The notes under the pieces were generated by a model. It did no database searches. It saw only the letters and a list, made by a program, of their open reading frames with translations, and was not told the DNA's origin. A DNA stretch of 64,000 nt from Tortispora ganteri (lineage: Eukaryota): NCBI GenBank assembly GCA_003707115.1, contig PPNB01000003.1:372001-436000 (forward strand). The letters are read 5' to 3'. The number at the start of each line of letters is the position of its first letter. Within the stretch, counting starts at the first letter, position 1. Positions 52,837 through 61,715 of this stretch are shown here, one piece after another. The translations under genes were made by a program, and so were the position numbers.

Positions 52837-53335
52837 TTATATGCATACTATTCGTGGATAATGAAGACACAAAAAATTAAGGATAAGGTTTACTGGAAAA
52901 CATGTGTATATGTACTTTGATAGTTCGAAGCACTTTGACAACAAGAGAGTAATTTTAGAAGCTAGATAGTTGCATCAATCATAAGATGCACTAGATATTA
53001 ATGAATGACATGTTAGACGCTCTAAGCGTTGTATATGTTGAGAGGCGTTTCTTTGTATTGCTAGTACTCTTGGTGTATTTATATTGCTATGCAATGTATT
53101 TTAGTAAATTAATCTACTTGAGTAACTATTTTTGAAGCCATTTACATATTTACAAAATACAAGAGAATACAGATTCAAGGGTTAACAGAAACAGAATCAG
53201 TACGGCTGTCAAATAATTTAAAGTTTGGCGTTGTGACTATGTTTAGGATTTATACGGGAAAATACTAACCCAGACAAAAAGCCCACAACAAACACCATCC
53301 ATTGCGCTCCCTTAGACTTGCTTTGGAAGGCGGTT

Positions 53336-54601
53336 ATGGGCTGCTGTGAATCAATACCAGACGATGCACACACCAGGATCCGAAGCGGTGGAGTAGCTGG
53401 GGATATGATGGCCTTACAGGATCACAGAACGGGCCGATCACCTGCAACTAACGCTATTTATGCGGAAGACCCTGAACAAAGAAGATCTTCTGAACCTGAA
53501 CGACGAAGAACTTCTGAATCTGCAGCTAGTCGCACGCGCGACAGGCAGGTGTATATGATTTCTGCTGCATACCGACCAATTGTTGAACTGGCACCTAATG
53601 ACCCTGCACTGGTCCCCAGCGATCACGCGGTCACTGGTCCGACCGAAGTGCCGCTTCCAGCACCACTCAGACAAGCAGTTAGGCGACAGCAAAGATCAGA
53701 ATATTTACAGCAGCAAGTCAACACTAACGGGCAAAGTGAAATAGCGTCACCTATGTCTGGTTGCGCAACTCCCTTGCCATCAGATGCCGGCGCATTTGCC
53801 ATTGATCTCGACATACAGGATCTCCTTGGCGCACCTACCGTACTGCTGCCGCCACCTGATTACCCGATACAATGGCGAAGACATAACAACGGTGCAGTCC
53901 CGATTGATGACCCGGACAAAGAAGAGGCAGCGAGGTTCTGTGCTAATAACCCACTTGTTAAAGGAGGCGAGGAAGGCATCGAACTAGGCATGCCGGAAAC
54001 ACTTGCCCTAGAAAGAATTTCGAGATTCAAGGGCACAATTTCGAACCAGCCTGGGAAGTGCATTGTTCGGGCCAGTCCTAAATGCAGGGACACCACATTG
54101 CTGTCTAATTTACCCGTGTACTCTCCAAGGCATTCTCGTAAGCGAGTGTATTATGAGACCACAGTAACGCACATGGGGCCCAAGAACTCGTCTCTTATTG
54201 TTCTGGGATACAGCTGCAAGCCGTACCCGCAGTTCCGACTGCCTGGCTGGAACCGAGGATCGTTGTCTGTGCACTCTGATGACGGTATGCGATACGTCTG
54301 CGACCACTTTGCGGGTAAGGCGTTTGTGAAGCCGTTCTCAAATGAAAACTCAACATACGGAATTGGTATGGACTTCGAGCAGCGATCGGTTATATTTACA
54401 GAGAATGGCAAAGTATTAAAAGGATGGAGTCTGGTAATGGATGAAAAGGAACAGCAACTAGACGGGCATCAGGACCCAGCTACAAAAATCGAAGGCCTGC
54501 AAGGAGATCACGATGTGTATATAGCATTAGGGGTATACGGAGACGTTGGAGTGGTGGTGAATTTCGGATTAACACCATTTCAATACCAATACGGTTCTTA
54601 G
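53336..54601 (+). CDS. SPRY-domain Rsp5 adaptor-like protein (Ssh4/Ear1 family)
   Basis: LLSNLP, YYE, KPYPQFRLPGWNRGSLSVHSDDG, FTENG, VNFG..PF; PPDY motif. Confidence 0.82.
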   Translation: MGCCESIPDDAHTRIRSGGVAGDMMALQDHRTGRSPATNAIYAEDPEQRRSSEPERRRTSESAASRTRDRQVYMISAAYRPIVELAPNDPALVPSDHAVTGPTEVPLPAPLRQAVRRQQRSEYLQQQVNTNGQSEIASPMSGCATPLPSDAGAFAIDLDIQDLLGAPTVLLPPPDYPIQWRRHNNGAVPIDDPDKEEAARFCANNPLVKGGEEGIELGMPETLALERISRFKGTISNQPGKCIVRASPKCRDTTLLSNLPVYSPRHSRKRVYYETTVTHMGPKNSSLIVLGYSCKPYPQFRLPGWNRGSLSVHSDDGMRYVCDHFAGKAFVKPFSNENSTYGIGMDFEQRSVIFTENGKVLKGWSLVMDEKEQQLDGHQDPATKIEGLQGDHDVYIALGVYGDVGVVVNFGLTPFQYQYGS

Positions 54602-54829
54602 CTGTATCCGGAAGAATAATATGCTTGAAAGAAAATGAGGCAGCGCACCTGTGGCGAAGATACTGGGGTTGATTGTCATTGATTTAGTATAAGCGAACCA
54701 GAGTGTGTTCTGGTAGGGAAAATATAATGCATATGTTTTAAACTTGTTTAGGTAACAATGTTTGCTTAGTTTTCTTTTTTTTTTTTTGAAAATAGAAAGG
54801 CAATAATTTATGTAAGAGTAATTGATTGC

Positions 54830-55261
54830 TTAATCTTCATTTTTTATATGTATGCGTACTCTTTTCGGTGCAGGAGTCTCATCCGCATCTGAATCGTCAG
54901 AAGACTCGTCTTTTCTCTTTTTGTTGGCTTTCTTTATAGGGAGGTTGTCTTCGGAATCAGCACCAGAAGAGGATTTTTGCATTTGGCGCACAAATGCCAA
55001 AGAAGAGCCCGAGAATATTCGATCACCATCAAAAGTCATCGATTTTCTTCTAGAAGTTGTGCCTTTAAGGTAATGTTCGAATCCTTTGACTATGTTGCCA
55101 TTGGGCGTATTATCGAAGTAGAGCGTTTCATATCGGTATATCTGGTCTTCAATGGTGGCTAAAGCTTTATCCAGTGTCTTTTTTTTATTCAGTGTCTCCT
55201 TTAGCTGCTTTTTCAGCTTATCATATGTCGTTGTATCTGGAACTGAGGTGGATGTAGGCAT
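54830..55261 (-). CDS. EAF6: NuA4/NuA3 subunit Eaf6
   Basis: LK..L.KKK.LD..L..IE.QIY..E..Y...T..GNIVKGFE, DRIFSGSS; first ATG at 55261. Confidence 0.9.
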   Translation of the reverse strand: MPTSTSVPDTTTYDKLKKQLKETLNKKKTLDKALATIEDQIYRYETLYFDNTPNGNIVKGFEHYLKGTTSRRKSMTFDGDRIFSGSSLAFVRQMQKSSSGADSEDNLPIKKANKKRKDESSDDSDADETPAPKRVRIHIKNED

Positions 55262-55327
55262 TATGACTCTATGGCAAGAGCTGAGTGGTGTAAGGTTACT
55301 TTTAACGTCTTCTCCCCCCACCCCCTG

Positions 55328-58042
55328 TCAGACATCCATGTGGTCAAGTATGTCATAATCAGGTGGAGGCTCATAAAATGCTACATGTCCTTGGCTGGTC
55401 AATTGTGAATAATCAGTTGAGATATTCACAAGAGGAAAATTTTCCTTGATTGATTGAATTTCGTGTTTAGCGATTTCAAATGGATCATCTGGAATCCATA
55501 TCGTCATATTGGGCAATCGGTATATAGGGTGCGTATACAGATGTGTCAAAACGAATGATCTATCGCACTTCGATAGATTTTGCAGTGATGTACACATTGA
55601 TGACAGTATACTAGCTTTGTCTTCTAAAGAAGTGGTTGTTCTTACAGAATTCAATTCACACGTCTCCTTCATCGCTTCCTTCACATTGTATCCCAGCATT
55701 TGACTCTGCTGCCGGTGCCATCTCCACACGACGTGTCTCGGTACTTGTTCACATGAATTTCTTCCCATCAGTTCATCTGAAGCTCCCTGAACAATATCAA
55801 AAGATATCTGCTCGCCTTTAGTTGGCTGCTCTGACGATCCCGTCGCCCAATCAAGCGGCACGCTCGTTTTCGCTTTTGCTGTACGCCTGCGAATACTCAC
55901 TTGGCTCGCTATAGTCAAGAATAGCGACATAACCATGATATATGCTTGTGGTATGCATGTATGCTTTTCATTTGCGTCAACAATAATGCAGAATAGACAT
56001 GCAGCGACAACTTCGAATATGTATAGCCCCGTGTACATATGTTCTAGTGCCTTAATATAAGTTGCACCGTCTAAAGTGCTCCTCCTGCTATGTGAATCAC
56101 TTAAACTGCCCTTCCATATAATGTACTGCACTGCAAAAATGCATCCTGAAATGGGAAGGATAAGCGGTGAAATTACTGAGAATATAATCACAATAACCGA
56201 TAGGTTACTGTATGCCGCATACTTCTCTCCCCAGCGCGTCCTGCCTATTTTCTGTGACTGTTTGTACTTCTGCCGTGCTGTCCCGCTTTTTAGGCTGTTT
56301 AGTATATATACAGAAGCCACCGCTCTCATGCTTAGAAGCTCACTACTTGCAAGCAGAAGTCCTCTTATAATCAGAAAGCAGATATAAAATGTCGCCGATT
56401 GTGGAACTTTTATACTCAACACAAACAGACTTCGAACCGGACTCAAAACTGTGTCCTTTATAATTCCCAATGGCGTCCTGGAAATCACAGTGACGAAAAA
56501 TGTTTGTATTATGAGCTGCCAAAACATTATGTTCTGCATATAAAGCTCCGTGTCTGTCTTTGATATTCCTTTGTTCAGTTGGCATACTAATCGGAACGCA
56601 TACGGAAGCAATGACATCATGAAGGATAGAAATAAAGGTGGAACTGTACCTATGATGATGCATAATATAGGCTTGGGAAATTTTGCTAAAAGTGTTGCCC
56701 ATGGTGCAAGATTAAGGAGCACTTCTAAGTTAGACACCAGAATGATAAACGCTGCAGGGACTCCCCAGAAACTAATGAGAGACGCTAACAGCAAAACTCC
56801 AAGGAGCTTTTTTAAAACATTGAGGAATTTGTTTTGTGGTTGCAGGTTCTCCCAATGAATGTCAGCCGGATGAATACCTACTTTGAGGACTCTCAGTCTA
56901 CTGAAATCATGGTGCAAAAATATCTGAGATGTGGCATAGGCCACCCATGGATTCTTGAACTGAATAAATGCAGAATTCCACACTTTTGGACTTTCCTGCA
57001 CCTTTTCCTTGAGATTCATTGCAAGATTATTATAATCACGTAATAGCCGTTCTATCACGTCTTTATTCTGGTTTGATGAAAATCTCGTACTCAATTTAGA
57101 AGCACGTGGTTTGGCTAGTGTAATAGCCTCATCTATAATATGAATTCTATCTGTGTTATTGCGCTCAGCCTTTTTGGAAAGTCTGACGAACTGATTATGA
57201 GAATTGCGCAACCATTTCACATACTGTGTCTCTATTGTGTCTCGCACGTATTTTTGCTTTTTGTACACTTTTGATACTTCTCGAATATCATCGATGAGCC
57301 AAATTCTGCGCACTGAATCTGGAAATATAGAAAAGATTTGCTTTATTGTCGATTCTTGCATCATTTCTGCGGGTATATTATGAAGGAGAATCGTGCAATG
57401 TCGTGGATAATTTGCAGGATCTTGCTCGGATATGTGTCGATTTCTTATTTCCAAAATCTCAAGGAGCTCGCTATTTATCAGCTTTATTACTCCAGCTACC
57501 ATACTCACGGCAGCTATGAGGTGAAACCAATAGAACAATTTTGGTTTTTCTGGCATTAAATGCCAGTTTGTCCCATAGAGATTGAAGCTATCTTTGCGTT
57601 CCTTAGTCAGTATATGAGCGTTAACCGTTGAAATCACGGGTGTTATAAATATGGAACCGATGATGCTTGCAAATGCAGCCAATCTGAGAAAACGCAAAAA
57701 GAAATATGGCTCTAGCCCAGATTGAGCTTTTATTTTTTCTTCTTCTAGGCTGCAGAAAGTCTTAATGAATCCACGCGGCGACGCAATAAAGGTCTGGAAG
57801 TTTAGTTGGAAGTGCATATTGAAATTTCGGCGAAAATAGACATGTTTGAGCCTATTTCTAAATATATAGAAAGCTCCTAAATGTGCTGCAAACCCGAATA
57901 TACTTATAAGCAGTGTATAACCCACGTTGGAGCTGCTGGAAAATTTCGTTGTGCTACTCGGCTGTACTAAAGTTTGTCGCTTTGCTGTTTCATAGGCATC
58001 AGATATGATGGCATCAAGGTTCGAATAGACGCCTTTTTGCAT
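55328..58042 (-). CDS. OSCA/TMEM63 (CSC1/DUF221; Rsn1/Phm7/Spo75-like) membrane protein
   Basis: GLEPYFFLRFLR, TILL.NIP, SAFIQF, P.DIHWENL, multiple TM helices, IWIP.DP. Confidence 0.88.
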   Translation of the reverse strand: MQKGVYSNLDAIISDAYETAKRQTLVQPSSTTKFSSSSNVGYTLLISIFGFAAHLGAFYIFRNRLKHVYFRRNFNMHFQLNFQTFIASPRGFIKTFCSLEEEKIKAQSGLEPYFFLRFLRLAAFASIIGSIFITPVISTVNAHILTKERKDSFNLYGTNWHLMPEKPKLFYWFHLIAAVSMVAGVIKLINSELLEILEIRNRHISEQDPANYPRHCTILLHNIPAEMMQESTIKQIFSIFPDSVRRIWLIDDIREVSKVYKKQKYVRDTIETQYVKWLRNSHNQFVRLSKKAERNNTDRIHIIDEAITLAKPRASKLSTRFSSNQNKDVIERLLRDYNNLAMNLKEKVQESPKVWNSAFIQFKNPWVAYATSQIFLHHDFSRLRVLKVGIHPADIHWENLQPQNKFLNVLKKLLGVLLLASLISFWGVPAAFIILVSNLEVLLNLAPWATLLAKFPKPILCIIIGTVPPLFLSFMMSLLPYAFRLVCQLNKGISKTDTELYMQNIMFWQLIIQTFFVTVISRTPLGIIKDTVLSPVRSLFVLSIKVPQSATFYICFLIIRGLLLASSELLSMRAVASVYILNSLKSGTARQKYKQSQKIGRTRWGEKYAAYSNLSVIVIIFSVISPLILPISGCIFAVQYIIWKGSLSDSHSRRSTLDGATYIKALEHMYTGLYIFEVVAACLFCIIVDANEKHTCIPQAYIMVMSLFLTIASQVSIRRRTAKAKTSVPLDWATGSSEQPTKGEQISFDIVQGASDELMGRNSCEQVPRHVVWRWHRQQSQMLGYNVKEAMKETCELNSVRTTTSLEDKASILSSMCTSLQNLSKCDRSFVLTHLYTHPIYRLPNMTIWIPDDPFEIAKHEIQSIKENFPLVNISTDYSQLTSQGHVAFYEPPPDYDILDHMDV

Positions 58043-58820
58043 TACTGAAGCTACAAGCCTATTAAATTTGTTGCTAACTTATTTTACTTGTCTAATTTCT
58101 CTGGGTTGGTTAGCTTTATTGCTTAATGTAAACTGCTTGATCACTTATGGCCGCATATATAATCCCTTGTATCAATTAAGCTTTGACAGATTATTCCCAT
58201 TGGCTGCAATGGCGTCAATATATGTTTTCTTGTCTTGCCAAGACAATTACAAATGTTGAAGTGATAACGGCACAATATATACATATTATTTAATAATTAA
58301 TACAATACATGCCCTCTCCAATGAAGATTTTATTGAGAGACGGTATCTCTAAGTTTTCTTTCACATAGGGATCCTAAATATCAAAGTCATTGGACAAGAA
58401 AAACTGTCACTCACCAATCTGTAACTATAGGTTCATCTATTTGTTTCCACTATAACCAAGCAGGTAACTTGCTTTAAAGCACATTGGGGTCCTTTCTGGT
58501 CGGATTCCTTAATTTAATGTGCGGCAATGGAGAGACTTAATGAAAATTTTGTATCATCTTTTTATGTCACGCTTTCGGTTGAAGTTTTGACAACTATAAT
58601 GTTTTCTGTCAATGACTAAAGTCGACAGTTTATCTAAACTGGCAATATTTCTGTAATATTTCGCGTAACGATGCAGAATTACAACTACCAAAAAGTGAGA
58701 GGTCGCATGAAAGGGTTCTATGTGTGGTAGGTTTGCAGGAACAAGCTCGCGATGCGCGCAATGCGGTAAGGAAGCATTTATAACAGCGCGAAAACAAAAT
58801 ACCCAGCGAAGACACACCCT

Positions 58821-59783
58821 ATGGTTCTCCAGCTTGTTCTACAACTTGTGATTCTCATTGTAGAAGTGATCGCACAAGCATCCACTTCTGATTGCAATCC
58901 GACGATCTCAAAATGTCCTAGTAACATAGCATTTCCTGAGTATATATATGCTGACTTCAGAAAAGGTCCTAATCCAAATTTTATACAGACCGGTCCTGGA
59001 ATTCTCAATTATACGAATGATGGTGTGGAACTAACTATCTCGCAGCCTGGACAATATCCTACAATCAGCTCAAAGGGCTACTTTTTCTTTGGAGAGGTGA
59101 CTGCCGTTTTAAAGGCATCTATAGGACAGGGAATTATAACGTTTCTAATGCTAATGAGCGATACCAAAGACGAAATTGATTTCGAGTGGTTTGGAAGCAA
59201 TACTCAGCGTATACAGACGAACTTCTTTTTGCAAGGTGCGGCATCGGGTTATGGCAGAGGAGCGGACCATATCATAGGAAACGTACACGATGAATTTCAT
59301 GCGTATAAGTTAATATGGACTGAGACAGATATGATGTTCTACATTGACGGCCAACTAATTAGAACTGAGCATGCTAATGAACCATCAGGATATCCGGATA
59401 CACCAATGATGGCACGAATAGGCGCATGGGTCGGAGGTGATCCTTCGAATCCGCCAGGAACGGTACATTGGGCAGGAGGAGAAACCGATTTCACTCAAGC
59501 GCCCTTTACCATGACCATACAAAGTATAGAGTTAAGGAACTACAGTCCAGGATGGGGATATAGATACGAGGATACGGCTGGTAACCGTGATTCAATACGA
59601 GTGCTTCACCGGCCTGAGAGGAAGTCTAATAACAAGAAAGGAAGGCCAAAAGCTCTCCGAAAACAGAGACGTATAGGAAACCCCAATGAGGAAGACAAAG
59701 GTCAATTTGAGAACCAAAGTAACCTTATGAGTGGCAAAGAATTTCAAGACTACCTTAAGAATAAAGTGCACCCTTCATCATAA
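58821..59783 (+). CDS. GH16 chitin transglycosylase (Crh family), copy 1
   Basis: Signal peptide, CNP...CP, DEIDFEW catalytic motif, FH.Y...WT, P.TPM, WAGG.TDF..APF.M. Confidence 0.9.
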   Translation: MVLQLVLQLVILIVEVIAQASTSDCNPTISKCPSNIAFPEYIYADFRKGPNPNFIQTGPGILNYTNDGVELTISQPGQYPTISSKGYFFFGEVTAVLKASIGQGIITFLMLMSDTKDEIDFEWFGSNTQRIQTNFFLQGAASGYGRGADHIIGNVHDEFHAYKLIWTETDMMFYIDGQLIRTEHANEPSGYPDTPMMARIGAWVGGDPSNPPGTVHWAGGETDFTQAPFTMTIQSIELRNYSPGWGYRYEDTAGNRDSIRVLHRPERKSNNKKGRPKALRKQRRIGNPNEEDKGQFENQSNLMSGKEFQDYLKNKVHPSS

Positions 59784-60126
59784 AAATAGTGATTCAAAGA
59801 GCACCATCGCTATTCTTTTTTTTCTATGATAATGATTAAATATCAGTACTAAATATTAGAGTGTGCTATATATTAGTTCACTAGCTATATCTGGGTAAAA
59901 AGGGTCTAGGGAGGTGTAGCAGGTCAAATCCAGGGTAGTCAGTGATCTTCAAAAGGCCCTCTAAATGCTAGCAGCTATATACTTCCATTCAATCATATAA
60001 CATCATTTACCTCACATATATAATAGCAATAGCTCATTTATTTAGGTTCGTTTACCAGGAATTGGTATAGGTATAGGCCAAAATTGTTCACATAATCCGC
60101 TGTATGGAAATCATAAACATTCTAAC

Positions 60127-61020
60127 ATGAATAAGATTATAAGGATGGTTATGGTAATAATCTCTTTCAGTCAGTTAGCTTTAGGCAACTTAGAGACACA
60201 AAAAAAGCTTCGATTGAATCACGGCCTTCTCGAGAGTCTTGACATTGATTTCACAAAGGGGCCGTCTGAACATTTCGAGGTTGCAGGGCAAGGTATGATA
60301 GAATATGGAGTACAAGGTCTTAATTTCAGTATCACAAACAAAACACATTACCCTATGCTGTGGACAACCAAGTACATGCTATTCGGATCTGTGGAGGCAG
60401 ATATAATTCCAGCGACTGGAAAGGGCATTGTTTCGTTTGTAGAGTTAGTCAGTGACGTTGAAGATGAAATAGACATAGAATGGCTCGGCGGCAAACCAAA
60501 TATAGCTGAGTCGAACTTTTTTCGTTTGGGAAACACTACGACGTGGGATCGTTGCAAGAAACATAAAGTGCCTAGCAGTCACACTGCGTTTCACAGGTAC
60601 CGGATCGATTGGGCTCCGGAAGGAATGTCATGGAGCATTGACGGAAAGCAAGTACGAAAGCTTAAACGCAAGGATACAACACAATACCCCACTACGCCAA
60701 TGAGGATCAAGATTGGCATGTGGATTGGTGGCCTAGACAGCAATCCGCCAGGAACAATTACGTGGGCCGGGGGGCTGACGAAGTTCGATAAAGCGCCATT
60801 CACAATGACAGTGAAGCGTATCTCGATCAGGAACATGCTACCGTGTAAGGGGTATAGATACATAGACAGGACCAATCATGATCTAAAATCCCTTGTGCTT
60901 GTTTACAGCAACGGATCAGGAATAGCGGCGAGCGAATATATTAGTGGAGGAAGAAGGACCCGGTTGGAACAGGTATGGGCGTATTTGGTAACAGTTATAG
61001 CTGCAATGTTGTTATGGTAA
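60127..61020 (+). CDS. GH16 chitin transglycosylase (Crh family), copy 2
   Basis: Signal peptide, DEIDIEWLG, FHRY.IDW, YPTTPM, WAGG; hydrophobic C-terminus (GPI-signal-like). Confidence 0.9.
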   Translation: MNKIIRMVMVIISFSQLALGNLETQKKLRLNHGLLESLDIDFTKGPSEHFEVAGQGMIEYGVQGLNFSITNKTHYPMLWTTKYMLFGSVEADIIPATGKGIVSFVELVSDVEDEIDIEWLGGKPNIAESNFFRLGNTTTWDRCKKHKVPSSHTAFHRYRIDWAPEGMSWSIDGKQVRKLKRKDTTQYPTTPMRIKIGMWIGGLDSNPPGTITWAGGLTKFDKAPFTMTVKRISIRNMLPCKGYRYIDRTNHDLKSLVLVYSNGSGIAASEYISGGRRTRLEQVWAYLVTVIAAMLLW

Positions 61021-61145
61021 CATTGTACCAATGAGAGGGAAGGGAAACCGACTCTGAAAATGCCCAACCAACCGACCCTCCGGTTTCCATTCTCGATTTT
61101 CGATACTGTTATTCTTTACAACACATAAAGCGAGAAAACATAATA

Positions 61146-61434
61146 ATGGTAAGTTTGAGGTTATTCTCTCAAGAGAAAATGAGTAATAATGGCTGGAAAA
61201 TCTATGAATGATTCGATACTAACGGCTGTGCAATAGGCTACACCACTTGCTACTGGCATTTACAACATATTCATGAAAAGGAACGCGGTGTTCGTGCCGA
61301 CAATCTTTGCCACAGCTTTCGTATTTGAAATGACGTTTGATTATTACACACAAAAATTGATAGACCGAATCAACTACGGCAAACAATGGAAAGATATCAA
61401 AGGCCGATATGTTGAAGCTGAAGATGATGAGTAA
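61146..61434 (+). CDS. QCR9: Cytochrome bc1 subunit 9; 2 exons (61146-61148, 61237-61434)
   Basis: ATG|GTAAGT...TACTAAC...TAG intron (61149-61236); product MATPLATGIYNIFMKRNAVFVPTIFATAFVFEMTFD...NYGKQWKDIK. Absent from the ORF track. Confidence 0.93.
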
Positions 61435-61715
61435 ATCCTCTCACGCTTTTCCTTACTTTGACTACTGTGGCCAAAGTTCAATTTTTCTTCTCAAACTATG
61501 CTGTTAACTTTCTTACACATAGTGCGTGAATGCAATGATCAATTCTATTTAGCAGTACTAGTAGTGCGTAGACATAGATGTACTGAAAGGGCTTTTCCTT
61601 CTCTGACCGGCGGGAGGAGATGGTGTTACATAGTAGTTGGGAGACCGCCATTTACACCTTTTCCACATCTAACTTAACATTGCAAGAACATTCAAGTTTT
61701 ATCTCTAATAATCAA

